A stretch of DNA of 63,047 nt, filler included. It is 14 parts of 14 records of this genome, joined end to end, with 100 filler letters (N's around TTAATTAATTAA, not from the genome) between each part and the next. Parts side by side here need not be neighbours in the genome. Positions count along the whole stretch, not along the records: positions 15,887 to 22,190 come from SRR7504441_25659; positions 22,291 to 25,501 come from SRR7504441_25660; positions 25,602 to 29,275 come from SRR7504441_25762; positions 29,376 to 33,166 come from SRR7504441_25764; positions 33,267 to 37,385 come from SRR7504441_25769; 9 more parts are not named here. One strand, 5' to 3'. This document shows, piece by piece, positions 21,083-33,400 of the stretch; the first letter of the stretch is position 1; each line of letters opens with the position of its first letter. The translations under genes were made by a program, and so were the position numbers. Under the pieces are notes generated by a model. The model ran no database searches, was not told the DNA's origin, and saw only the letters and a program-made list of their open reading frames with translations.

Positions 21083-22190
21083 ATGGACCAAGCGTTGGAG
21101 CAGCTCAAAGGGCTCAATATATCCGAGCAGGCCTCCTCCGCCCGCCCCAACGCTGCCGCCATAGCCGCCGCTGGCCGCACTCGCCGGTTTCTGTCGCCGG
21201 AGGAGGAGGGGGTCGGTCTCGTCCGGCCGGGCCGGGGCGAGCTTGGCGGCAGGTGGTGCAGCACGCCCAGATCGACCAGTTCGAGTGGATCGACACCATC
21301 GGAACCGGCACGTTCGGGGTTGTCCGACTGTGCCGGCTGCCCGGTGTCGACCGGCCACTATCTATGAAGATTCTGGGCAAGGGAGAGGTGGCCCTGCGCG
21401 GCCGGCCGGGCCTGAGCGCAGCGGGCCAGCTGCTCCGTCTGAACCAGGAGGTGCACATTATCTCCGAGCGTGATACGCTGGCCCAGATCCGACACCCATT
21501 AGTAGTCTCGATGTGCCGCTAGTAGCCAGAGGCCCGGCGAGCCGGGAGCAGGTACCGGACGTTTAGCTCCAAGAGCTACTTGTACATGCTGATGGAGTTC
21601 ATTCCCGGCGGCGAGATCTTCTACCATCTCCGTCGGTGCGACTGCTTCCCTCAGGCGACAGCGCAGTTCTACGCAGCGTCCATCGCCCTGGTGCTGTGCT
21701 GGCGGGGCGAGCGCTCAGCAGGGCCAGGTTTTCGAGTACCTGCACAGCCTGCGGATCGCGTACAGGGATCTCAAGCCCGAGGCGACCCGCCCTGCCCGCC
21801 GCACGCTCTGAAAATCTCGTGCAGAACTTGCTTCTAGGGGCTAATGGGTATATTCGAGTGGTCGACTTTGGATTCGCCAAGGTGATCCCAAAGGGGACCA
21901 AAACCTACACCATGTGCGGCACTCCCGAGTACCTAGCGCCCGAGATCATCACCATAGACGGGCATGGAATGGAGGTCGACTGGTGGGCTCTCGGGATATT
22001 TGTGTACGAGATGCTGATAGGCAGCACGCCGTTCTACCACGACAACCAGTCCGAGGTGTACAATCAAGTGCTCGGCGGCCGGATAGCCTTCCCGTCCTCC
22101 TTCGACCCGGTCACTAAGGACATTGTCCGCCGGCTGCTCATCCCTGACCCTTCCGCTCGCTTCGGATGCCTGCACAATGTGCCCCCCCCC
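21083..22190 (+). CDS. cAMP-dependent protein kinase catalytic subunit-like (AGC kinase), 3' truncated, at least 5 introns
   Basis: IGTGTFGVVRL; YMLMEFIPGGEIF; YRDLKPE|NLLL (needs GC-AG intron 21782-21824); DFGFAK; TYTMCGTPEYLAPEII; DWWALG. Confidence 0.92.
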
Positions 22191-22290
22191 NNNNNNNNNN
22201 NNNNNNNNNNNNNNNNNNNNNNNNNNNNNNNNNNTTAATTAATTAANNNNNNNNNNNNNNNNNNNNNNNNNNNNNNNNNNNNNNNNNNNN

Positions 22291-25058
22291 GGGGCTGAGC
22301 CAGCTGAGGCTCCGACGGCAGCAAGCAAAGACATATGTGAGAACAATACAGTAGTGGCAGAAGCAGTGCCCGATGATGCTTCTTGTTCAAAGCAGCGTGA
22401 GGGCGCCAGAGTAACTCATGAGGGTGACAAGCAGCTAAGGGATGAGCGTGACTCGTTGAATCAGCAACTAAAGGAAGCCTGGTCTGAGAAGGAAGCCAGC
22501 AACACACTGCTTAAGGAGCTAGAGCAGATAGCTTCTCAAGCCAAGACCGAGATCGGTGATCTACAAGACCGGATTTCAGAGGCAAATACGCAATACATAT
22601 ACGTAAATACGCAACTAGAGGCTGAGCGTAAGGCTGCTGTAACAGCACGCCAAGCGTTCAAAGATCGAGATGCGGAGGCTAAGCAAGCAGAGGCTGAGCT
22701 GGATGCAGTCAAGCAAACCATCCGTGATAACGATGACATAAAAGACCAAGCTGCTGAGATCACTAGGTTGAATAACGAGCTTGCTAAAGAGACGCAGGCT
22801 GCTGCGGATGCCAACGCACTCCTGAAGAAGGAGCGAAGAGCAGCTGAGGAAGCCAACAAAGCACTGAAGGAAAAGCGAGATGAGGCCAGACAGGCCGAGG
22901 CTGAATTAGCTGCAGTACAGGAGAAGCTGCGAATGGGCACTGGGTCTGAAACAGGTGACATGGACCAGTTGTTGGCTGAGCTGCGGTCAGCACAAGCAGA
23001 TGCTCAGCGTGCCTGTGATCAGAGTGACAAACTTCAGAAGGAGCTGCACGAGGTTCAAGCAGTGGCAAATAAAGCGTTCGACAAAGTCGACACCAATTCT
23101 GATGGAGTTATAAGCCGAGATGAGTTCCGTAAAGAATTTGCCAAACCCGAGGGCGGCGAACCCCTACAACTTGATATGCAGGCATCTCTCAGTGCGGTGC
23201 GTAAGCTAATGGGTACGGAAATAGCAGAGCTGCAAGCTGAGCTCAAAGAGCTTTCAGAGCAGCTAACTGATCAGGACGAGCTGAAGCAAAGGCATGCTAC
23301 ACAGATAAAGGAGCTTCAAGCAGAGCACTCAAAGGCACTCGGGGAGGCCGAGGTAGCTCTCGAGGATGCGAGAGAGCGGCCTCGGGATGCTGGTTTAGCA
23401 GTCTCTGAGGAGCCTAAACCTGCGCAGGAGACGCTTCCTGTGAATGCAGAAGATCTTTCAGTGCACGCAGCACCTGCTGCACCAGAGGGAGGGATCGAGG
23501 CAGCATCAATAGCAGATTCTCAAGATGCTGCTGTGGGCGATAGTGCGTTGATGGCGCTGCGAGAGAAGATCGAGGGGCTAGTTAATGAAGTTATCCCTAT
23601 TGAACAGAACAGGCCAGATCTGCCTGAGGACATTCTGGGCCAGGTAGCAGTCATGGTTAAGCTGCTATATGATGCCGCTCGAGAATGGCAGAGCGCAGCC
23701 CAGAGTACTGAGACAAGCTGCACAGAGGCTCAATCTCGTGCAGACGGGATGCAAGTGGAACTGCAGCAGCTACGAGCTTCCACAGCTGAATTGCGAAAGG
23801 AGGTTCGTGAGGCACTACAGCAGCTTGAAATCCAGCCAAGCAAGTCCTCTCATGCAGACGGCTTTAGAGAAGACATGCAATCCCTGCTTAAAGCAGTTTC
23901 AGACCAAGCCTTTGACAGGATCGACACGAATCAGGATGGAGTCATTACACGGGATGAATTCCACAACGAGCTTGCAGAGTTAGCCGAACTGAAGCTACTA
24001 GTGCAGCAGCGAGATGCTCAAATCGTCGACTTGCGCATGGCGTTCGAAAGTGAGAAGCAAGCTGCGGCTCATGCCCTGGAGCAGATAATGAGAGATCAAA
24101 GCACCCAGCAAATGATGAGAGATCAAAGTAGTCAACAAGGGGGCACCAGTGGTCTTGCTGAGGAGACGTCTAGCCAGCTAGGTACCCTGAAGGAGACGGG
24201 AGCACAATTAGAGAGAGAGCTAGATGATTGGAAGCACAAGTATGACAGCTTGAACCAGGAATTGCAGAGGACAACCGCATCTTTGACAGAGGTTTCAAAA
24301 CTCAACACAGCTCTGCAGAATGAGCTGATGGGCGCCGTAGAGGACATGGAGCAGCAGGCAAATGAAATCGAAGGCAATCAGGCTCAGTTGATGGGTGAAC
24401 TTGGAAACGCCCTAGAGCATCTTCAGAATGCAGCAGCACAGAGCCCAAGTAGGGCTGTAAGCAGTGTAAATGTAAATCCGAATGCTGCAAGCCCCACGGA
24501 CGCAGTCTCTCTTGAACTTGCCCTCAAGGTTGCTCGGATCCGGTTGGAAAAAGCCCGACTCGAAAGAGATCTTCCAAAGGCCACAGTATCAGAGCCACCA
24601 GCCATCAATGATCAAGAGGCAGCTGAAAGAATTCGGCTGAAGCAAGGACTACTGGACTTGTTGGCCGCTATAGAGAATGAGCTGACGCAGCCAGAGCGCT
24701 TGAAAGCCAGCCCAGGACCTGCCGAGCTGCCTCCAGCAGCTGAACCTCCGGTTGTCGAGACCGATGTCTGCAATGCTCTGTATGCCGAACTCCTGGCAGC
24801 ACACAAGGCCTTGCGACATTTACTGGCAGAGCGGTCTCAGGGTGGATTGGAAGCTCCAAACCCTGCTTCTATCCAACCTGTTGCAGAATCCCAAGCATTG
24901 GTTGAAACACCGCTCACTCCTGAGGCATCACTAACACAACAGAGTATTGTGGAGGTAGTGCAGCTCAATGCTAGTACACAGTGCGTGCTAACGGGTGGGC
25001 TGTTCAGGCGAGCAAGATCATCAGCAATCTTATGAGGAGTGCTTCGGGTGGGCAGTGA
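22291..25058 (+). CDS. Large coiled-coil protein with two isolated EF-hands, 5' truncated
   Basis: 893-aa heptad-rich ORF; AFDKVDTNSDGVISRDEF and AFDRIDTNQDGVITRDEF; probable last intron 24955-25007 (GCTAAC branch point) moves the stop to 25058. Confidence 0.8.
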
Positions 25059-25754
25059 CCAGCAGCTCCTGTACGCCACGGTGGACTGCAGGACCGTCAC
25101 ATTGCGCCAATCAACAGAGGTGGTTATTGAGTGTGTACTTATATAGTTCATGATTGTATAGCATAGTTTCTAGCGAATCTAGTCACTGTCACTGACTGAA
25201 TTCGGCTATGGTCTCTTGTCGACTTGTCATGTTCAAAGCCTTGCTTTTACTCGTACTCGTACGTGCTACGACGCTACAAGATTAATTATGATCGTGAACA
25301 GTGACGTTCGTGTGTAAACGAGGTCCGGGGTCATCACGGGGATGTGGTCAATTGGTTGTCAGCGTCATGCCGGCAACAGGCCGGCAAGTCGACTTGCTCA
25401 GTTCGACCTTCGAATACTAATCCGTATCACTGGTCAACCATCACTGAGTCTCTCACCTCGTTATCATGCTCGTGATCATTGCGACCGGACTCTGTTGGCA
25501 GNNNNNNNNNNNNNNNNNNNNNNNNNNNNNNNNNNNNNNNNNNNNTTAATTAATTAANNNNNNNNNNNNNNNNNNNNNNNNNNNNNNNNNNNNNNNNNNN
25601 NCGTGCAGCAGCTGACCTTGGACTGAACACAGTTCCGAAGGTCAGGAGCTGTGCACTATTGTACCGCTGTGCACTAAAATAGCTACACAAAATAGTGTAG
25701 ATCTGCGTGCGTTCCTGCTGACGGAACTTCACCGCTGCCAGGAAGACGGGACAG

Positions 25755-28678
25755 ATGCAGCCGAGAGCGGACGGCTTGGAGCTGATGCTGGCCGCACCAG
25801 CGTCGAACGAGGTGCCCTGGCCTACTGGTGCAGGCGGAGGGCCATCAGGTGCGTGCGGTGGCCCGTTTCCATCCCGGCGACATGGCCGCGCTCGGTGCGG
25901 CGATCGAGGACCTGGTCCGGCTGGAGACCCCATCCGGCCGCCAGGCGGTGGTTCGCGCCTGGCCGTGCAGCAACACTGCTCCAGGGACGGTCGGGGCGGC
26001 AGCCATCGCCCGGCGCTCACTGGAGGCCGCGGTGGGCGCCTCGGGCCTGACAGCCACCCGGATACCCCGGGCGGCCGCCGTGTGCGCCAAGCGGGTACGG
26101 GCGGTCTTCCAGGCGCGGCACGGCCGGCTAGCAGTGGTGAAACCGTTCGTGCGGGAAGTACTGCGGGGGCGGGTACTGCTGTCGGGCGAGCTGGTTGAGA
26201 TCCCGATCCTGGGTCAGTGGTGGCCAGTCCGGCTGCTGGCCGACGCCCATGGTCTGCTCCTGATCGGGCCTGACACCAACATCACCGTCTGTGAGCCGGC
26301 ACCCGATGCTGACCCGGCTCCAGTGCAGCTGGGTGGGCTAGAGCGTCCGTTGGCTGAGCTGGAGGCGGTGATAGACGCGGCGCTCAACCAAACGGAGCGG
26401 TTTAGGCAGCTTGGGCTGGCCGCACCGCGTGGGGTGCTGGTGCGCAGCCCCAACAGCAGCAAATAGGATGTGACCAACAGGTGCACGGCCCGCCGGGGAC
26501 CGGCAAGACGCTGCTTGTGCGGGCAGTGGCCGCCCGTTTTAATGCAGCACTGCACGTTGTGAATGGAGCCGAGGTGGAGCCCCTCCCTAAGCTGGGCTTA
26601 GAGCCGCCTGCCTGCAGGTGCTGGGCCAATTCTGGGGAGAGGCCGACATCAGACTGACCGCCGTCTTCGAGGCGGCAGCCGCTCAGCCGCCGGCTGTGTT
26701 ATTTTTAGACGAGGCTGACGCACTGGCCCCGGCGACCGGAGCAGGGGTGCGAGCTAGCCGAGTGCGGGCTGAATCTCTAAACAGATGGATGGGAGCGGGT
26801 CAGAGCGCCGCTTGATTGCTACGTTGCTGGACTTGGTGGATACCCTGCCGGCCCGGACTGTGCTGGTTGCTGCTACAAACCGGCCTAACGCTATAGACCC
26901 TGGGCTGCGGTAAGTTGCAGCAGCAGCCGCCTGTGACTGGAGGGCAGCCGGGCTGGGCGGCTGGATAGGGAAGTTGAAGTCCCGGTGCCAACCGAGCAGG
27001 AGCGGGATTCGATCCTGGCGGTCCATCTGAGCGGAGTGCCTTGTGAGATCAGTGAGGCGGTGCAAGCTCTGGCAACGGCTCTATAGATAGAGACTGGGAC
27101 AGGACCGGCGGGGCCTTGCAGGGCGGCTGCATGGGTACGTGGGGGCAGATATTGCGGCACTGGTGGCTGAGGCCGTGATCAGTGGCCTCGACCATGGTGG
27201 CAGCCGGCCAGTTGGATCTCACTGTGAACGTTGTGGCAGATGATTGTGTGATACGGATTGAACAGCTGGACTCCGCCACGTCTAAAGTGCGGCCCCTCGG
27301 TTGAGGTTGGACACAGTGAGCGCTAGTCGGTAGGTCAAGCCGAGCGCGATGCGGCAGCTAGCCCTGGAGGTGCCCTCAGTCAAGTGGGAGGACGTCGGAG
27401 GCCAGGCATTGAGCATTGCGACCGTGCTCAGGGCTCGCAGGCACACACCAAGCAGTTGATCAGGGAGGCGATCGACTGGCCGATGCAACACCCCGAGGCC
27501 TTCGCACGGCTCGGCGTCCGGCCGCCCCGTGGATTGTTGCTGTATGGTCCTCCGGGCTGCAGCAAGACATTGATGGCCAAGGTGTTGCATCAAGCTGCAT
27601 AGCATAGCTCACACGCAAGGCCAGGCGGTGGCTACTGAATCCAACTTCAACTTCATTGCCGTTAAAGGTGCCTACGGGCCTGCTGGCACAGCCAGCCACC
27701 AGCCAGGCCCCGAGCTCTTCTCGAAATGGGTTGGGGAGAGCGAGAAAGCCGTAATGGAAGTATTTCGCAAGGTGCTGCCCGGCTCTGCTAGGCCTCAATA
27801 AAGACAGGCCCGGCTGGCGGCCCCAGCGATTGTCTTCTTTGATGAGGTGCGACTGGGTGTGCTGTGCTGCTCAGGGCACAGCAGATCGATGCGCTGGCGG
27901 TGGCGAGGGGCAGCGGTGGGAGCCACGGCGTGGTGCTGGGCCGAGCTGGCTGGCGGTGAGCTCACCAACAGGCAGAGCGGGTGTTATCGCAGTTGCTCAC
28001 GGAGATGGACGGCGTGCAGGTCAGATTATTGGGAGGCACTCTCACGAGTGGGCAGTCGCTTGGGCAAGTCATGGTGATTGCAGCCACTAACAGACCAGAT
28101 TTATTGGACGAAGCGTTGCTGCGACCAGGTACCTCGATAGCCTGCCGACTGCGCAGGCCTCGGCAGGCCGGCTGGATCGTGTAGTGTACAGCGGGCTGCC
28201 TCAGCTTGCGGACAGGCTGCAGGCCTGTGGATCGGCCTGATGCAGATTGTGACCTCATGCAGGTGCTGCGAGTGCACACGAGGCGAGCGCCGCTCCACGT
28301 TGATGTCCAGTTGCAGTCACTTGCTGAGCGGACCCATGGGTGATCAGCAGGCCAGGCCGGTGCTCACTGGTTGCGATGCAGCTACTCGTCAGCTGAGCTT
28401 ATGCATCTGACCAGAGAGGTGCGCTCGAGCTTAGTTGTTGTGCTGACCAATGATCTGGATAGGCTGCAATGAACGCTCTCGAGGAAAGCCCGGACAATCA
28501 GTTCGTGGCAGCGAGGCACTTTGAGCGGGCACTCACGGCTGTTCGGCCGCGCACCCCGGCTGGTCTGCTGGAGCTGTATGAACACTTTGGGAGCTCAAGG
28601 CAACAGCCTGCTAGTGCAAAGCACGACTCGGTGGTCGAGCAAATTGATGCATTAGCGCTACACGAGGAGGAAGTTTGA
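25755..28678 (+). CDS. AFG2: Type II AAA+ ATPase, AFG2/SPATA5 (CDC48-like) family, about 19 introns of 35-47 nt
   Basis: D1: [43 protein letters not shown]2: [62 protein letters not shown]. Confidence 0.85.
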
Positions 28679-28789
28679 CGGGTTGACTAGGGACGTTTCA
28701 CGCTCCGATAAATATTCTAAAGGACTACTAAAGGATCTACCTACATGTACCGTACCCCCCATTATCATTATCGGACAAAACATTAATTT

Positions 28790-28949
28790 TATTAGATTGA
28801 TGTATCGTGCAATCTTCGGGGTCAAATATCACGCTGAGCTTGCACCAATAGAACGCAAGTGGATGTGGCTGAAAGCAAAAATCAGAAAATACTTGAATGG
28901 CAAGCTGGGTAAGCTGATAGATCTTGTGCACGATGCATACAAGCAATAA
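28790..28949 (+). mobile_element. Relic of an IS630/Tc1-mariner-type DDE transposase C-terminus
   Basis: AIFGVKYHAELAPIERKWMWLKAKIR resembles the LPxYHPELNPIExxWxxxK motif carrying the catalytic Glu; AT-rich; no upstream DDE domain. Confidence 0.6.
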
Positions 28950-29375
28950 CGAGTGCTCCAGGCCGGCCCTTCCTCCCGACTGATTGAAAGCCGGGTTTAG
29001 AGCCATGCTCCTGCCAATCGGCTTTGCACAGCGCGCACTCCGGCTCGCACAGCAGCCATCGCGGCTCTTGAAGGACGCAATGTGACCGGTTGTGGATTGT
29101 CCACCAATGTCGAGCTGAATGAAATGCTCGATTTCTCTCTCAGTTCATTCGGCAGCTGACCTGAGATAAGAATTGTGGCTCAGATGGCTCGAAAGATAAA
29201 GGCTTTATCTTTATAGGGGAAAAAACCGCATCTCTTAACTCATCTCCTATCAAAAATGCCGAGTGCCGGAAGTTGNNNNNNNNNNNNNNNNNNNNNNNNN
29301 NNNNNNNNNNNNNNNNNNNTTAATTAATTAANNNNNNNNNNNNNNNNNNNNNNNNNNNNNNNNNNNNNNNNNNNN

Positions 29376-32300
29376 AGGAGCAGGAGTACATGCGGTTCCA
29401 CCCGGCCATAGATGATCTGTATCCAGGCCATAGAAGCGAAAAGGTACAGTTGAATTACTGGAGGACTGTGATTGGTCATTGCCCTGTGCTAGAGTTGCCG
29501 GTTGACAAACCTCGAGCAACCGGATCCACAGACAGGCGCTTGAGCTGTGTCGAGGGGGGTTCTCTCACGCCGGAGGCAGTGGCTCACTTCAGTGAGAGAT
29601 GCGCTGCACAACAGTGCACTCTAGAGGTTGGCTTGCTTGGGCTTTGGCATTTGGTCGTGGGCCTCTGGTCGCGCGCAGACGAGGTGGTGGTGGCTGTACA
29701 CCAGACTGATGCCATCAAGGCAATGCCGGTCTACACGTGTGTACAGCTTGGCTTGCATTCGAGTGTGGACGCAGTCCTCCGACAAGTCCGAGACTCGTAT
29801 GCATCAGGCCTGCAGCATACAAGTATCAAGCACCTTCAACTTGTAGAAGCATTCGAGCCTCTGGATATTCCACTGCATTCAGGGCCTTTCGCACAGGTGG
29901 CCTATTGGTTTGACAGGCGGGCCCCGAATCTACCCAGAGAGGCCGATGTTCGCTACGAGCTCACTCTCGTGTGTACGCAAATCGACCATGAAGTGGTGCG
30001 GCTGTCGATTGCATATCAATGCAGCTTGTTTCTTGAGGCAACTGTCACTGCGCTATTGCAATCCATCACACTCCATGTGGCAGGCGTCAACGCTTTGATG
30101 CCAGCTGTAGCGAGAGATCCGCCACAAGGCTTTGCCTATAGATACAAGCTGTCTGCGTATCAGTATTACTACTACACTTCATCTGCATTTGCTCAGGCTC
30201 CAGGCCGCGGTCCGATACCATATGCACACATGGTTCAGTACGTCTCGAATCTGGACGCATTGTCTCCACCACGCTTACAGAAAGCCATAAATGTTTTAGT
30301 AGGTGCCTATTATCAACTCCGAACGAGCCTACACGACAATTGGGGAGCAGTTAGTCGTAATAGCCAACTCCTCCCCGAATGGATACGTGTTCATGGCAAA
30401 TTGAAATTGTGCAAGCTAGCTGCCAGACGTGATGCACCATTTGAACAGGACGCCGCACCACTGATGCGCATTACTGTATTTCACTGTGACACAGAAACTC
30501 TGCTGATGGTGGTAGCTCACCACAGCATCGTCGACGGTCTCATGTTGCAGCATCTTGTGCAGCAGCTGCTTTGGCTTTATCACAAACCTTCTTCTGAGTT
30601 CCGCATGCCATCGCTCCATGATGGAATGCGCGTGCCTGGTGCAACTCTCAGCCCTTACCCTGATGCGGTCAGAGGAACAGAACTTCCGACCCGCAAGCTG
30701 CTTTCAAAGACTCGTGCTAATGCGCAAGCAGTTTTCGTCTTCACTGCGCCCCAAACTGAAGAGCTTGCGAGCTTTGCACGCTGTTGTGACGCGACTATGT
30801 TTCAGCTGCTTGCCACCGCGCTTTGCGTTTCGCTCAGTCAACTGCTCAAGACGACAGCAGTGGCACTGAGGGTGCCTCATGCCGCATCTGGCCAAGCTAC
30901 CACCTGGATCACCTTCCAAGCTCACCTGCTTGGCCATGAAACGTTGGCCCAGGCAGTCCAACAGACGCTATACGTACGTGGCCCGCCCATTAGGCCCAGC
31001 AGCGGCGCTCCAGTTGCCGCAAGCTACATACGACGTAAAGGCCTGCCAGAAGGGTGGACTTGGGTGCCTGATGATGTGTACCCGTCGATACATTCGGAAG
31101 GCCTCTACTGCATGTTTCTCCATAACAGATCTTCACTCTCTTTTATCTTCAGTTTTGACGCGGCAGAGATCCCAGCAGCAACGGTAGAAAGCATTGCGCG
31201 AGGCACAATAGGAGTCCTTAGACAAGGAGTGCCATTGAACACAGGCGACCTGCAAGCACCGGTGATCTACGTCGAGGATAGCGACGGTGTGCCAAGGTGC
31301 CAAGAAATATGCCAAGAAATGCACCAAGAAATGTGCCAGTACTGGCAGACTGAAGTTCAGGGCGTTATGATTGCGCGTACAGACAACCCAACCGTGCCAC
31401 TCCACCTGCAGATGGAGGGCCGTGCAAAACAGGCGCCCACTGCCGTGGCCCTTGTGTCAGGAGACCGAAACATGACCTATCATGAACTGGATAGCCGGTG
31501 CACGACGCTGGCAGCACACTTGCAGCTGCTCGGAGTACGACCAGACGTGCTTGTTGGGTTAATGCTCGACCGTGGATTCGACCTTATCGTGGGCCTCCTC
31601 GGGATCCTAAAAGCAGGTGGCGCGTACGTCCCCATGGACCCATCTTTCCCAGAAAAACGGATCGAGATGATGGTGACAGACTTACAGCTTGATGTGATGG
31701 TGACGCAATCGTGCTATTTCCGAAGCTGCATCCGATTTAACGTCATTCTGGATGCTGTGTTGGACCAACAGAATCCTGAGGTGAGCCAAGAAGTGCAATT
31801 ACACCATTTAGCTTATGTCATCTATACGAGTGGGAGTACCGGGGCGCCGAAGGGTGTTTTAGTCGAGCACCGGGGACCTGTTGGCAAGCTCGACCTCTTT
31901 ATTGACACAGGGCGCCCACAACCGATTGACTCAGCATTCACCACGAGCATTAGCTTTGATCCTCACGTGCGAGAACTGTTTGTCGCGCTATGCAGCGGGG
32001 GTGCGGTTTCGATCTATCAGAACATACTCGACGAGAGCTTGAAGGACTCAACCACTTGGTTGAATGGAATATCGTCAGCAATGGAAGAAATGGTTCTCCC
32101 AGCATCACTGCAGATTGTGACCTTCTGTGGGATGCGAGTTTCCCAAAAAGCATGGGATCGTACTAACCACGTGGCGATGCGTTGGATCCACTATGGTTGT
32201 TCTGAGTGTTCGTATTTAGGTGCAGGCGTTGGTTCTGTTGCTGGTGCAAGCCTTCCTATGCATGTCGGCAAGCCCAACTCTCACACCCTATGCTACATCA

Positions 32301-33166
32301 TGAGCAAGAGCGGCGAGCCCTGCACAGCTGGTATCGCAGGTGAGCTGTGGATTGGTGGCGATGGCATTGCACGTGGGTACCACAATCGTTCAGATCTCAC
32401 CAGTGCAAAGTTCCTTGCAGACCCCTTCGGAACAGGGCGAGTGTATAAAACTGGCGACCGGTTTAAGTGGAACGCGGATGGCACGCTAGTCTTTCTGGGG
32501 CGAGTTGACCGTCAGGTCAAGATCAGAGGCTTCAGAATAGAGCTCAGCGAGGTCGAGGCAGCTGTCATGGTGCTTGATGATACGCAGAGTGCGATTGCTA
32601 CTGCCAACGGGGACGATTTGCTCGTCCACGTTACCCCTGCGGACGTCAACACCACACAAATTCGAAGTTGCCTGGCTGAAACGGTCCCTAGCTATATGAT
32701 TCCATCTTCGGTGCACGCCATGGAAGCCTTCCCCTTGACTGCAAGTGGTAAAATCGACTACAACAATACCGCCCTGTTGGCATCAAGACCCCTCGACGCC
32801 GTTTCAGGCAAGGGATTTGCATCAACCGAGTTTGTCTGCGAAGAGCGAACTATTTCAACACAAAGCCAACATGAGACCGCCTCTCCAGAACACGCGCAAC
32901 GTGTTCTCAGCGCATTAGTTTTGCAGCACGTGAAAGATGCAACGGGGATAGATGGGTTACAACCGACCGATAATTTACTAGAGGCCGGGCTGAACTCTCT
33001 CAGTGCCGTGCGGCTTGCTGCGTCGCTGCAGATGAAGCTGGAGAACAAACCTAAACTGCCTGCAACTTTGGTGATTCAATTCCCCTCAGTGTCTGCAATT
33101 GCACAACATGTCTGCGCCACTCGAAGCAGCGTACAAGAGCAGCACGGCAGGCTGGAGCAGCAGCTG
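29376..33166 (+). CDS. Non-ribosomal peptide synthetase fragment: partial C - C - A - T, truncated at both ends, uninterrupted ORF
   Basis: C: QLNYW...LELPVDKPR and VAHHSIVDG. A: MTYHELD, LKAGGAYVPMDP, LAYVIYTSGSTGAPKG, FDPH, GELWIGGDGIARGY, YKTGD, GRVDRQVKIRGFRIEL, SGKID. T: DNLLEAGLNSLSAVRL. Confidence 0.95.
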
Positions 33167-33400
33167 NNNNNNNNNNNNNNNNNNNNNNNNNNNNNNNNNN
33201 NNNNNNNNNNTTAATTAATTAANNNNNNNNNNNNNNNNNNNNNNNNNNNNNNNNNNNNNNNNNNNNTACGAGCTCGAGTTAAGCTCGAGTCGACGTCTAC
33301 AATACTCACTAGAGCTAGATACTGTATAGGCCACTAAATGAACTGTACATGGTTTCAAACGATTTAACAATTGATAATGATATTCAAACTTGCTTCAAGG

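Noticed and set aside
25755-28678. Apparent frameshifted pseudogenes or programmed frameshifts (AAA, PKA, NudC, Nit1)
   Set aside because: Each break examined is explained by a short GT/GC-AG intron that restores conserved motifs.
33267-33296. Clustered CTCGAG/GAGCTC/GTCGAC palindromes resembling a polylinker
   Set aside because: Short, at a contig edge, and similar palindromic words are common in this genome's spacers.
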